Positions 45,111 to 55,856 of a DNA stretch of 64,000 bases are shown one piece after another. The first letter of the stretch is position 1; each line of letters starts with the position of its first letter. The DNA is from an uncultured Actinomycetota bacterium (lineage in GTDB: Bacteria > Actinomycetota > Thermoleophilia > Solirubrobacterales > Solirubrobacteraceae). The DNA lies in NCBI GenBank assembly GCA_963830945.1, contig CAWHOH010000021.1, positions 82,606 to 146,605 of the forward strand, read 5' to 3'. Below the pieces are notes generated by a model. That model was not told the DNA's origin. It made no database searches and worked only from the letters and a program-made list of their open reading frames with translations. The translations under genes were made by a program, and so were the position numbers.

Positions 45111-45326
45111 GTGGAAGGCCGCCCGCCTCACTATCCGCGAAAGCTCTACGCGGCGCTTCTGCTGGGCGCCGTGGGCCTGGCGCTCATCATCATCGGCCTC
45201 GGAGGCGCCACGGGGTGGGCCCTGATCGCTCCCGGGTTCGTCGCCGTCATCGTGGCGCTTCCCGTCATCTGGCGCACCCAGGCCTCGACGCTCCGGGCGG
45301 CGTCCAGGACCAAGCCCCGCCGGTGA
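45111..45326 (+). CDS. Small two-TM hypothetical membrane protein
   Basis: LYAALLLGAVGLALIIIGLGGATGWALIAPGFVAVIVALPVIW; start uncertain. Confidence 0.55.
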   Translation: MEGRPPHYPRKLYAALLLGAVGLALIIIGLGGATGWALIAPGFVAVIVALPVIWRTQASTLRAASRTKPRR

Positions 45327-45373
45327 CTCGGATGGTAAATCTCACCTCTGGGGGCACATTTGCCATCCGAGTC
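45325..45373. terminator. 16-bp stem hairpin between convergent genes (terminator or REP-like)
   Basis: GACTCGGATGGTAAAT ... ATTTGCCATCCGAGTC. Confidence 0.5.
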
Positions 45374-45576
45374 GATGAGCCGCCACCGCGGACAGCGGAC
45401 GAATGTCAACGGCGGCTCTCGAGGCCAGCCGCCAGGCGCGTCCGTACACCCATCGAAAGCCGCAGTTCGCACCCCCTCCCCAACGTCACATACCCCAGGC
45501 GTTGCTACCTCCGCAACCCCCGGCAGAGGGCCCGCCGCAGCATCCATGCCACAGGCGGGTCCCCCCGGAGCGCAGC

Positions 45577-46887
45577 TCAGTTGCTGGGCACCCCCGTCGA
45601 CGGCGGTGCCGGCTGCGCCGTCGTGTAGGGCGTGATCGGGCTGCTGGCGGCCGGTGTGGTCGTCAGCGGCCCGCCGAAGAGAACGATCTTGCCGTTCTGG
45701 ATCTTGCCCATCTCGGCGCCGCCGAACCCGCCGTGCTGTGACCCGCCGTAGCGGTAGGGGACGAGGCCGGGACCGGTCCACTTGCCGCCCTGCTTGTCGA
45801 TGGCGTTGACCAGGTCCTGCCGGGTGAGGTTCTTGCCGGCGGCCTTGAGCGCCTGCACCAGCGTGTAGGCGTTGGCCATCCCGTACTCGACGTTGCCGTC
45901 AAACGGCACCTTGGAGTCATACTGGGCGTGGACCTTCTGGAACAGCTGGATCCATGGGTTGGTGGTGTCGGTGTTGGAGGGCAGGTACCCGTCGGTGATG
46001 GCGCCCTCGATGAGCGCCGTCCCGGAGACCTTGCCCTTGGAGACGGCCTTGAGCAGCCCGCCGACGGTGATCGGGTCGATGCCGACGTTGGACACCGCCA
46101 GTTGCGGCTTGAAGCCCAAGGTGAACGAGGTCAGCTGGGCGATCGCGGTGTAGATGGGGACGGTGAAGTCCACCATCACGGTCGCCTTGGCGGCCTTGAT
46201 CGCGGTCACCTGGGCGGCCAGGGTCGTCGTCCCTGACTGGTAGGGCTGCTTGGACACGATGGAGCTGGCCGGCAGCTCGTCCTGGATCCCGGCGAGGCCG
46301 CCCTTGCCGAAGTCGTCGTCCTGGTAGAGCACGCCGACCTTGGCGTTGGCGAAGTGCTGCTTGAGGTACTGGCCCAGGAGCTTGCCCTCGATCGTGTAGT
46401 TGGGCTGCCAGCCGAACGTATTGGGCTGGGCGGCGCCGTTGTCCCAGCACGGGCAGCCCGAGGCCACGAACAGGTCCGGGACCTTGGACGTGTTGAGGTA
46501 GCTGACGACCTTGGTGTGCGTCGGCGTGCCGAGGCCCTCGAAGATGCCGAACACCTTGTTCTGCAGCACCAGCTGGTGCACGACGTTGACGGTGTTGGTG
46601 GGGTTGTAGGCGTCGTCCTTGATGATCAGGTGCAGCTTGCGCCCGTACACCCCGCCGTGGGCGTTGACGTAATTGAAGAACGCCTGGGAGGCGGGAGCGA
46701 TCTCGCTGTAGCCCGGCGCCGCCGGCCCCGTCAGCGGCTGGTGGGTGCCGAACGTGATGCTGGTGCTGGTGACCCCTGGAGCCTTCGAACCTCCACCGCC
46801 GCTCGACGATCCGCAGCCCACGGCCGCGATGGCCACGCCTGCGGTCACGGCGGCGGCGATCAGCCGCCGGCGTTTGACAGCTCCCAT
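45577..46887 (-). CDS. Liv-type ABC transporter substrate-binding lipoprotein
   Basis: Lipobox AVGC; PGVT..I.FG.H.PLTGPAA; GGVYGRK; DDAYNP; YQDDDFG; RBS GGAGGAG. Confidence 0.92.
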   Translation of the reverse strand: MGAVKRRRLIAAAVTAGVAIAAVGCGSSSGGGGSKAPGVTSTSITFGTHQPLTGPAAPGYSEIAPASQAFFNYVNAHGGVYGRKLHLIIKDDAYNPTNTVNVVHQLVLQNKVFGIFEGLGTPTHTKVVSYLNTSKVPDLFVASGCPCWDNGAAQPNTFGWQPNYTIEGKLLGQYLKQHFANAKVGVLYQDDDFGKGGLAGIQDELPASSIVSKQPYQSGTTTLAAQVTAIKAAKATVMVDFTVPIYTAIAQLTSFTLGFKPQLAVSNVGIDPITVGGLLKAVSKGKVSGTALIEGAITDGYLPSNTDTTNPWIQLFQKVHAQYDSKVPFDGNVEYGMANAYTLVQALKAAGKNLTRQDLVNAIDKQGGKWTGPGLVPYRYGGSQHGGFGGAEMGKIQNGKIVLFGGPLTTTPAASSPITPYTTAQPAPPSTGVPSN

Positions 46888-47025
46888 CTCACTCCTCCTC
46901 CACTTGTGGGTGACCTTCCGCCGGCGCCCCTGAGCGGGCCTGCGCCGGCTGCCCGAGCCCATCGGGAGGGCACGGGACAATTCGATACGTTTTGCCTTGC
47001 GCGTTTCAAATACTAAGGTGAGGGC

Positions 47026-47691
47026 ATGAGCGCTGCAACTGGATCCCGCCCACCCCATCAACCGCGCCGGGGGCGCCCCGCCACCGCCAGCCGCGACGAC
47101 GTGCTCGCCGCCGCGCGGGCCCAGTTCCTGGCCGGCGAGCGCGTGGATCTCACCATCGTGGCTCGGGACCTCGGGCTGGGCCGCGCCACGATCTACCGCT
47201 GGTTCGGGTCGCGCGAGCGGCTGCTCTCCGAGGTCGTCGCCCACGAGTCCGAGGTGCTCATCCTCCGTCACCGCCGCGACGTCCGCCGCCGGGGGGTGCA
47301 GGGGCTGCTCGAGGTCTTTGACCGCATCAATCGCAGCCTCGCGCACTCCATGCCGCTGCGCCGGTTCGTCGAGCAGGAGGGCGCTTCGGCCCTGCGCCTG
47401 CTGACCTCGAGCACCGGCGCGCCGCAGTGCCGGAGTGTCGCGCTCATCACCGACATGATCCAGACCGAGAGCGACGCCGGACGATACGAGCCGCCCGCCG
47501 ATCCCGAGACCCTCGCGTACGCGATCGTCCGCCTGTGCGAGGCCTTCCTCTACAACGACGCCGCGTTCGGCATCCGGGGCGATCACGAGCGGCTCCGCGA
47601 GGTGCAGGCGGCACTGCTCGGCGTTCCCCACGCCGCGTCTGCGCCCCCGAAGCGCCGCCGCCGAGCCACGCCCACGTCCCCGTCAGGCTGA
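47026..47691 (+). CDS. TetR-family regulator (QsdR-like)
   Basis: FLAGERVD...ARDLGLGRATIYRWFGSRE; LAYAIVRLCEAFLYND. Confidence 0.9.
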   Translation: MSAATGSRPPHQPRRGRPATASRDDVLAAARAQFLAGERVDLTIVARDLGLGRATIYRWFGSRERLLSEVVAHESEVLILRHRRDVRRRGVQGLLEVFDRINRSLAHSMPLRRFVEQEGASALRLLTSSTGAPQCRSVALITDMIQTESDAGRYEPPADPETLAYAIVRLCEAFLYNDAAFGIRGDHERLREVQAALLGVPHAASAPPKRRRRATPTSPSG

Positions 47692-48707
47692 CCCTCGTGT
47701 AGCGCGCAGCCGGCCGAAGACCGCGCGCAGCCCGCCCTGGATCCCGCTCGGCCACAGGATCATGGCCGCGATGAGCACGATCCCGTAGATGGCCAGCGGC
47801 AGGTTCGCCGAGACCTTGGTCGATAGCGAGAAGGAGTGCGCGATGTCGTTGGTCCAGTTGGGCAGCATGGTGAGCAGCGCCGCGCCCCACATCGCGCCCA
47901 CCAGCGAGCCCAGCCCACCGAGGACGACGCCGGTCAGCAGCGACAGCGAGAGCTGGAGCGGGAACGCCCCGGGCTGGGCGAGCTGGAGGACCACCGCCAG
48001 CATCGCGCCCGACAGGCCCGCGCACCCGGCGGAGACGATGAACGCGGTCGTCTGCGTCCGTCCCACCGACAGGCCGCACAGCGACGCGGCGATCTCGTCG
48101 TCGCGCACGGCGCGCAGCGAGCGGCCGACGCCGCTGCCGATGACGTTGTAGAGGACGAACAGCACCACCAGCGCGCCGGCGCCGGCGATCCACGCCTCCC
48201 AGCGCTCGAGCGGGAAGTCGGCGCCCAGCCAGGACGGCGGCACCGGCGGGTTGATGGTGAGCCCGTTCTCGCCGCCGAACAGGGCCGGAGAACTTGTCGG
48301 CCAGCGCGGGCAGCCCGACCGCGAAGGCCAGCGTCGCGCCCGCCAGGTACGGGCCGCGCAGGCGGCTGGCCGCGGCGCCCACCGGGATGCCGACGAGCAC
48401 GCTGACCACCACCGCGGCCGCGATCGCCGGCACCAGCGCCCACCCCTCGTTGCCGATGAGCAGCGCCACCGTGTAGGCGCCCACCGCCATCAGGGCGCCG
48501 TGGCCCAATGAGATCTGCCCGCTCTGGCCCGCCAGCACGGTGAGCCCGGCGAGCGCGGCGAAGTAGTAGGCGCCGGTGGCCAGCTGCAGGTCGTTGTAGG
48601 CGCTGACGAAGTCTGAGACGATGACGAGCGCGACCGCGGCGAGCACGGCCCAGGCCAGCGACCGCGCCAGCGTGCTGCGCCGCAGCACCGCACCGCACGG
48701 CCGTCAT
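47683..48707 (-). CDS. livM: Branched-chain amino acid ABC permease LivM, frameshifted
   Basis: GQISLGHGALMAVGAY, RLRGPYLA..TLAF, GRSLRAVRDDEIAA, VVLGGLGS. Confidence 0.85.
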
Positions 48708-49585
48708 ACCCGCCGCTCCGAGCTGGCCGCGAACAGGCCGCCGGGACGGAGCATCAGCACCGCCACCAGGATCACCAGCGCCGCCAGCGGGACCAGCGAC
48801 GAGCCCGCGTAGCCCGAGACATACGACAGCGCCACGCCCGAGCGACAGCCCGCCGATCACGGCCCCGGGCGGGCTGTCCAGGCCGCCCGAGCACGGCGGC
48901 CACGAACCCGCTGATGAGGATCGGGTCAAAGCTGTTGGGACCGAGGAACACCGAAGGGGCGACGAGCACGCCCGCCAGCGCGCCGGCGACCGCCGCCAGC
49001 GCCCAGCCGACGGTGAACATCCGCGCCACCCGCACGCCGAGCAGCCGCGCCACCTCGGGCGCGAAGGCCGACGGCGCGCATCTGCAGGCCCAGCGAGGTC
49101 AGCCGGAACAGCGCCGCCAGGCCGACGGCGACGGCGATCACCACCAGCACGATGAACGTGTCGTTGGGGGTGAACAGCAGCCGGGTGCCGCCGACCTCGT
49201 AGCCGCGCAGCGAGAACGCGGGCGGGAACGAGCGCGGCGTGTTGCCCCAGATCATGCCGGCGACCGCCACCAGCAGCGTGTAGAGCCCGAGGGTGAGGAT
49301 GACCGCGTTGAGCGGCGGCGCGGACTCCACCGGGCGGATGAGCACCCGCTCCACCAGCGCCCCGAACACCAGCCCGGCGGCCAGCGCCACGACGAAGCCC
49401 AGCCAGTAGTGGCCCGAGGAGTTGATGATCGCCGAGGCGATGAACGTGGTGATCATCAGCATCGCGCCCTGGGCGAAGTTGACGATCCGGGTGGCGCGCC
49501 AGATGAGCACCAGGGCCAGCGCCACCGCGGCGTACACCGCCCCGTCCGAGATGCCGCTCAGCGTGAGGTCGATGAACTTGGTCAT
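48704..49585 (-). CDS. livH: Branched-chain amino acid ABC permease LivH, frameshifted
   Basis: YAAVALALVLI...VNFAQG, LGLQMRA, GFVAAVLGGLDSP. Confidence 0.85.
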
Positions 49586-49593
49586 CGGCCGCT

Positions 49594-50294
49594 CTAGAAC
49601 CCCAGGTAGGCGTGGCGCAGAGCGCTCGTCGGCGGCGAGCTCGTGCGGCTCGCGGTCGGCGACGACGCGCCCCAGGTTGAGCACGATCCCGCGGTTGGCG
49701 ATCGACAGGGCGCTGCGCGCGTTCTGCTCCACCAGCAGCACCGCCAGCCCGAGGTTGTCGGCCAGCGAGCGGATCATGGCCATGATCTGGGCGACGATCA
49801 CCGGGGCCAGGCCCAGCGACGGCTCGTCGAGCAGCAGCACCCGCGGCCGGGCCATCAGCGCCCGGCCGATCGACAGCATCTGGCGCTCGCCGCCCGACAG
49901 GCGCGACGCCGGCTGGTGCTCGCGCTCGCCCAGGCGCGGGAACAGCTCGTAGATCTCGGTGATCGGCGCCGCCGCGCTGCGCCGCCACAGGCCGCCCAGC
50001 CGCAGGTTCTCTGCCACCGTGAGCTCGGAGATGACGCCGCGCCCCTCGGGGACGTGGGCGACGCCACGGCGCACGATCTCCTCCACCGCCATGCCGCGTG
50101 ATGTCGGCGCCGTCGAGCGTCACCCGCCCCGACTGCGGTGCCACCAGCCCGTGATCGTGCGCAGCAGCGAGGTCTTGCCCGCGCCGTTGGCGCCGAGCAC
50201 CGCGGTGACCGTGCCCTCCGGCGCCTCCAGCGAGACGCCGTCCACGGCGCGCACCGCGCCGTAGTCCGTGGTCAGCGTCCTCAACGCTGAGCAT
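49594..50294 (-). CDS. livF: Branched-chain amino acid ABC ATP-binding protein LivF, frameshifted
   Basis: GANGAGKT, VPEGRG, LSGGERQML, LDEPSLGLAP, VEQN. Confidence 0.87.
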
Positions 50295-51113
50295 CGGCCT
50301 CCCGCTCGCCGCCGTCGTGTCGGCCGCCTCGCGCCTCGCGGCCCAGGTAGGCCTCGAGCACGCGCGGGTCCTGGCGCACCGTCGCCGGGTCGCCGGCGGC
50401 GATCACGCGGCCGAAGTCGAGCACCACCATCCGGTCGCACACGGAGGTCACGAGGTCCATGTGGTGGTCGACCAGCATCACCGCGATCGAGCTGCCCAGC
50501 GAGCGGATCGTCTCGGCCAGCGCCGACATCTCCTCGGTGTCCAGACCGCCGGCGGGCTCGTCGAGAAGCAGCAGGTCGGGCTCGCACGCCAGCGCCCGGG
50601 CGAGCGCCACCCGCTTCTGCATCGCGTAGGGCAGCTGCGCGGGCCGGGACTCGAGCACGTCGCTGCAGCCCACCCGCTCCAGCGCCGCCAGCGCGCGCTC
50701 GGCTCAGCGCGCGCTCGTCCTGGTCGGCGCGCGGGCGCCCCAGCATCGCGCCGACGACGCCGGCCCGCCGGAAGCGCTGCGCCCCCACCATCACGTTCTC
50801 GCGCACGGTGAGGTCGGCGAACAGGCCGACGCCCTGCAGCGTGCGGGCGATCCCCAGCGAGGCCAGCCGGTGGGGCCGGATCCCGTCGAGCGACTGACCG
50901 CGCCAGCGCATCGTGCCCGACGGCGGGCGTGACGAAGCCGCAGATGACGTTGAACAGCGTCGTCTTGCCCGCGCCGTTGGGGCCGATGACGCCGAGCACC
51001 TCTCCCTCGGGAGATCTCCAGCGAGACACGCCGTCCAGCGCGGTGATCCCGCCGAACGACACCGAGATCTCGCTCACCGAGAGCTTGCCGCTGGTCTCCT
51101 CCTCCGTCGGCAC
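50281..51113 (-). CDS. livG: Branched-chain amino acid ABC ATP-binding protein LivG, frameshifted
   Basis: GPNGAGKTTLFN, GIARTLQ, LDEPAGG, DHHMD, VLEAYLG. Confidence 0.87.
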
Positions 51114-51175
51114 GGGGCCAAGCTACCGCAGCGCGACGACGATGCCAATAGTGATACACGACACGCCGCGAGTTC

Positions 51176-51483
51176 TTAATACATCGGCGGTGTCGCGCGC
51201 CGGTTCGTCGCGAGCCGGGCGGCTCCGGCGCAGCCGGGCGCACGCGAGGGCGCTCGGCGTCCAGCGAGCACACCGGGTCGGAGTCCCGGTACAGCGGCTC
51301 GACGCCGGCCACCGCGAGCATCTCGCAGTAGCCGATCACGTAGTCAAGCGGCCGTTCCATCGGCTCGGCCTGCTTCGGGGTGAGGCAGTAGGTGCGCTCG
51401 GACAGATGCGGGCCCTGCCAGCCGTGCAGGAAGTTGGCGGCGGTGGCGCCGCGCAGCATGGCGCGGATGTCTCGATCGATCAT
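51176..51483 (-). CDS. Hypothetical protein (3' end uncertain, probable frameshift)
   Basis: MIDRDIRAMLRGATAANFLHGWQGPHLSERTYCLTP...VIGYCEMLA has coding-like GC3; nearest plausible stop is TAA at 51176-51178. Confidence 0.45.
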
Positions 51484-51560
51484 CGGCGTGGGGGGTCGGG
51501 GACACGCTCCAGTGTTTCCCGTGCGCCACCGCGTTCAAGCACCTGCGCGACAATTCTCAT

Positions 51561-52136
51561 GTGACCGGCGTGCCTCTGCTCCTCGCCAGACACGGGCAGA
51601 CCGCCGACAACGCCAGCGGTTTGATCCTCGGCCGCCGCGACCCGCGCTGTCGCGAGCTCGGCGAGCAGCAGGCGGCGAGGCTCGGCGTCCAGGCCCGCGC
51701 GCGGGGAGTGGTCGCCATCTGGTGCTCGCCGCTGCTGCGCGCCCGCCAGACGGCGTCGGTCGTCGGTCGCGGCGATCGCGCTCGAGCCGGCGGTCCTCGA
51801 CGATCTGATCGAGTCCGACGCGCGGCGACTGGGAGGGCGTGTCGCAGACGGTGCTGGCGCAGCGACACGCCCGGAGCTGTTCGCCGCCTTCGAGGCCGGC
51901 GACCCGGACTTCGTGTTCCCGGGAGGGGAGTCGATCCGCTCTCAGGTGCTGCGCACCCGGCATGCGCTGGCCGTCGTCGCCGCGGGGCCCCAGCCCGCGC
52001 TGGTGGTCGCCCACGCGGGCACGATCCGCGCGGCGCTCATCGCGGCCGGGCAGCCGGTGCCGCCCGAGCGGGCGCTGGCCACGGCGAGGCGGTCGCCCTG
52101 GACTGGGTCCGGGCGACCGCCCCGCGTGACGGCTGA
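51561..52136 (+). CDS. Histidine phosphatase (phosphoglycerate-mutase family), frameshifted
   Basis: LARHGQT, CSPLLRARQTA, FPGGES, VVAHAGTIR. Confidence 0.85.
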   Translation: MTGVPLLLARHGQTADNASGLILGRRDPRCRELGEQQAARLGVQARARGVVAIWCSPLLRARQTASVVGRGDRARAGGPRRSDRVRRAATGRACRRRCWRSDTPGAVRRLRGRRPGLRVPGRGVDPLSGAAHPACAGRRRRGAPARAGGRPRGHDPRGAHRGRAAGAARAGAGHGEAVALDWVRATAPRDG

Positions 52137-52159
52137 CGTCGTGCGTGACGTCAGCCGTC
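52128..52159. terminator. Hairpin between convergent genes
   Basis: GACGGCTGACGTC-GTGCGT-GACGTCAGCCGTC, a perfect 13-bp stem. Confidence 0.6.
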
Positions 52160-52195
52160 TGCGCCTGACGATTGTCGACACTGGGTCGCCGGGGC

Positions 52196-53193
52196 TTAGA
52201 AGACGCGGACCGCCACCTCGGCGGGGGCGTCGAACAGGCTCGTTGAGCTCGTCGTCGAGCTTGACCAGCGTGAGCGACGCGCCGGCCATGTCCAGCGACG
52301 TGCAGTACTCGCCGACGTAGCTGCGGGTCACGTTGATGCCCCGCTGGGCCAGCTGGTCGTGCGCGCGGCCGTAGAGGATGTAGAGCTCGGAGATCGGCGT
52401 GCCGCCGAGCCCGTTGATCATCAGCGCGACGTCGTCGCCCGAGCTGTAGGGCAGGTCGGAGGCCACCGCCTCCAGCAGCTCGTCGACGATGGCATCGGCG
52501 TTGGTCAGCTTCTCGCGCCGGCGGCCCGGCTCGCCGTGGATGCCGACGCCCATCTCCATCTCGTCATCGCCGAGATCGAACAGCGGCGAGCCCTTGGCCG
52601 GCGGCGTGCACGACGTGAGCGCCATGCCCATCGTGCGGGTGACGGAGTTGACGCGCTCGCCGAGCTTGACCAGCTCGTCGAGCTCCGCGCCCTTCTCCGC
52701 GGCCGCGCCGACGGCCTTGATCACGAAGAAGTTGCCGGCCACGCCGCGGCGGCCGACGGTGTAGGTCGAGTCCTTCACCGCCACGTCGTCGTCGACGATG
52801 ATCGTCGCGATCTTGATGTCCTCGGCCTCGGCCAGCTCGCGGCCCATGTCGAAGGACATGCGGTCGCCGGTGTAGTTGTTGATGATGTGCAGGACGCCCT
52901 TGGGGCTGGCCAGCAGCTTGGTCGTCTCATAGACGTAGTCCGACGGCGGCGCGGCGAACACGTCGCCCGGGCAGGCGGCGTCCAGCATGCCCTTGCCCAC
53001 CACCATCACGTGCGCCGGCTCATGGCCCGAGCCCGGAGCCCTGGACGATCGACACCTTGTTCTCGTTGGGGGCGTCGGCCCGCATGATGAGGTTGTACTC
53101 CGGCACGTACTTGAGCTTGCCGGGGTTGGCGAGCTGGATCCCCTTGAGCATCTCGGGAACGAACTGCTGCGGGTCGTTGACGAACTTCTTCAC
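52196..53193 (-). CDS. dhaK: Dihydroxyacetone kinase subunit DhaK, frameshifted
   Basis: KKFVNDP, SGHEPAH, NYTGDRM, GRRGVAG, GIHGEPG, NGLGGTP, TSLDMAG. Confidence 0.9.
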
Positions 53194-53281
53194 GGCCGCT
53201 CCTCTCTCTCGGATGACCTGCCCGGTTTTTCACGCGTGGACTGCTCACGCGCGCCCTTCCCCTCGCTGCGTGACCCAAAGG

Positions 53282-53930
53282 TCAGGCCAGCTCCAGCTCG
53301 GCCTGGAGCCACGCCTTGCTCACGGCCTCGAACATCACCGCGACGCCGATCGCGCCGGCGTCCACCGAGTCGCGGCTGCGCTCGCCCGTATAGGACGCCC
53401 GCCCGCGCTGGGCGAGCATGCCCTTGGTCGCCTCGGCGCTCTCGCGCGCCTGCACGGCCGCCTTCTCGATCGCCTGCGCCGGCTCCGTTGGGCAGCGCGG
53501 CCTCCAGCACGTCGACCGCCGGCACCAGCGCGTCGAGCAGGGTCTTGTCGCCCAGGTCGGTGTTGCCGCGTTGCTTGATCCCGTCGATCGCGGCCTGGAA
53601 GGCGGCGATGACCTCCTCGCCCGTCGGCTGGGGCTTGTCGGTGAGCGCCCCGCCGGCACGCAGGAACGCGGTGCCCCAGATCGGGCCGGAGGTGCCGCCG
53701 ATGCGCTTGGTCAGCGTGATCGCGGTCTTCTTGAGCAGGCCGGCGATGTCCGCGTACTCCATCGCCTCCCAGTCGGAGACGACGATCTCAAAGCCGCGGG
53801 CCAGGGAGTAGCCGAAGTCCCCGTCGCCGACCACCGCGTCGAGCTCGCAGAAGTAGGTCTCGTTGTCGACGGCGGTCTGGGCGATCGTCCGCACCACCAG
53901 CTCGCCGCGGCTCAGTGCCGTGTCGCTCAT
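53282..53930 (-). CDS. dhaL: Dihydroxyacetone kinase subunit DhaL, frameshifted
   Basis: LDAVVGDGDFG, GGTSGPIWG, GDKTLLDAL, GRASYTGERS, DAGA. Confidence 0.9.
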
Positions 53931-54718
53931 ACAGCCTCCTTGTCCAGTATGGGTTGGGTCCGGCACGCATCGAGGTCGGCGAGCGTGACGAGCTCGCCGG
54001 GCTGTGCGCCGCCGCGGTTGGCCAGGACGACCGCCGGCTCTCCGGGGTCGCCGAGGCTGGTGACCACCATCACCGCCTCGCGCATGTCCTCCTGCGCCGT
54101 GTAGCTGGAGACGGTGACCACGCACCGCAGCCCGGCGCCGACCGCGGCCAGCAGGCCGTTGCGCGAGTCCTCGATGACGATCGCGTCGCCGCGCTCGATG
54201 CCCAGCTCGTCGATGGCCAGGTCGTAGATCGCCGGGTCGGGCTTCTTGGCCGGCACGATGTCGCCGGCGAACACGCTGAACTGCGCCGCGTGCTCGGCGC
54301 CGACGGCGTGCTCCAGGACGGCGCGAACCGATTCCTCGGCCGAGGTCGAGGCGACGGCCAGCGTCCACCCCGCGCCGATCGCCTCGCCGACGATGCGGGC
54401 GATGCCGGGACGGCCGGGCAGGCGGCCGGCGCGGACCATCTCCTTGTAGCGCGCGGTCTTGCGCTTGTGCCAGTCGGCCAGCAGCTCCTTCTGGCCCTCG
54501 GGGTCGGCGGGCAGGCCGTGCGCGCGCACGAACTCAGGGGTGAGCAGCGCGGCCATGCGCTCCTTGCCGCCACCGATCCGGAGCTTCTCGGCGTACTCCT
54601 GCTCCGACCAGGTCACGGGCAGGCCGACCTCGGCGAAGGTCTCGTTGAAGGCGGGGCGGTGGCCGTCGCGCTCGGTGTCGGCGAGGACCCCGTCGCAGTC
54701 GAAGATGAGCGCCGGCAC
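53927..54718 (-). CDS. HAD-superfamily hydrolase, CbbY-like
   Basis: IFDCDGVLADTERDGHRPAFN, GGGKER, ASTS, KKPDPAIY, IEDS.NG. Confidence 0.9.
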   Translation of the reverse strand: MPALIFDCDGVLADTERDGHRPAFNETFAEVGLPVTWSEQEYAEKLRIGGGKERMAALLTPEFVRAHGLPADPEGQKELLADWHKRKTARYKEMVRAGRLPGRPGIARIVGEAIGAGWTLAVASTSAEESVRAVLEHAVGAEHAAQFSVFAGDIVPAKKPDPAIYDLAIDELGIERGDAIVIEDSRNGLLAAVGAGLRCVVTVSSYTAQEDMREAVMVVTSLGDPGEPAVVLANRGGAQPGELVTLADLDACRTQPILDKEAV

Positions 54719-54723
54719 GGGCG

Positions 54724-55599
54724 CTACCGGGCCGACGCCGAGAGGGCGCCGGCGCGGCCGGCGGAGCCGAACATGCCGATGTGGTGCTTGGCCATCTCCA
54801 GCACCGCGGTCCTGACGTGCTTGAGCATCGACGGCGGATCGTGCTTGCCGGGGTTGGCGTCGAGGTACTCGCGGTGGGCGTCGACGAAGGCGATCTTCAG
54901 CGCCGTGGAGATGTTGACCTTGGCGCAGCCGCGGGAGATGAGATCGGAGAACTGGTCCGCGGCCAGACCGGTGCCGCCGTGCAGCACCATCGGGATCGGA
55001 TGCCGCTCGACGATCTCGGTGACGCGCTCGGGATGCAGCTCCGGGGAGCTCTTGTACAGACCGTGGGCCGTGCCGATCGCCGGGGCGAAGGAGTAGACGC
55101 CGGTCGCCTCGATGAACTGCGCCGAGACGTCGACCGGGTGCACGACCCCGGCCTCGTCGGAGCCGACGCCGTCCTCGACGCCGAGCACGCTCTCGATCTC
55201 GCCCTCCACCTGGGCGCCATGGCGCTCGGCCTCGGCGACCACCTCGAGCGTCTGGCGCGTGTTCTCGGCCACGTCGAGCTCGGAGCCGTCGAAGAGCACC
55301 GAGTTCCAGCCCGCCTCCAGGCAGATGGTGATCCACTCGCGGTCGGGGCAGTGGTCCAGGTGCAGTGACACCGGCACCGGCACCTCGTCGGCCCGGACGC
55401 GCCACATGCTGTACAGCGCCTTGGCGCCGATCGACTTCACCGTCTTCAGCGACGTCTGCACGATCAGGGGCGACTCCAGCTCGGTCGCCGCGGCCAGCAC
55501 GGCCTCGAGCGTGAGGTCGTCGACCACGTTGATCGCCGCCACGCCGTACCGCTCGGCAAAGGCGGGATCGAGGATCTGGCGAATCGGCACAACCGGCAT
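54724..55599 (-). CDS. fba: Class II ketose-bisphosphate aldolase
   Basis: LHLDH, FDGS, VEGEI, AIGTAHG, VLHGGTG, KVNIST. Confidence 0.92.
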   Translation of the reverse strand: MPVVPIRQILDPAFAERYGVAAINVVDDLTLEAVLAAATELESPLIVQTSLKTVKSIGAKALYSMWRVRADEVPVPVSLHLDHCPDREWITICLEAGWNSVLFDGSELDVAENTRQTLEVVAEAERHGAQVEGEIESVLGVEDGVGSDEAGVVHPVDVSAQFIEATGVYSFAPAIGTAHGLYKSSPELHPERVTEIVERHPIPMVLHGGTGLAADQFSDLISRGCAKVNISTALKIAFVDAHREYLDANPGKHDPPSMLKHVRTAVLEMAKHHIGMFGSAGRAGALSASAR

Positions 55600-55856
55600 C
55601 CCACAACCTCCTTCTTGGCCTCGACCGCCACCCCGGTGTGGATGCGGCCCTCGAGCCAGGTCGCTGCAACCAATTTACCGCTCAAACGTTTAGCTGCTCA
55701 AGGATCCACGCGGTTCGCCCGGCGCGAAAAGCACGGATCGGCTGCGCGGATTGGCGGCGATCGGCGGGCGCGTCGCCGTGCGGGGGCACTGCTCCGGCAC
55801 GGTGGCGGGCACCTCGCCGACCGGGGCGACTGCCCCGGCACCGGCGAGCGCGCCTC

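Noticed and set aside
53927-55599. Calvin-cycle (cbb) operon suggested by the CbbY-like HAD and class II aldolase
   Set aside because: No RuBisCO, phosphoribulokinase or CbbR; the context is sugar uptake and catabolism
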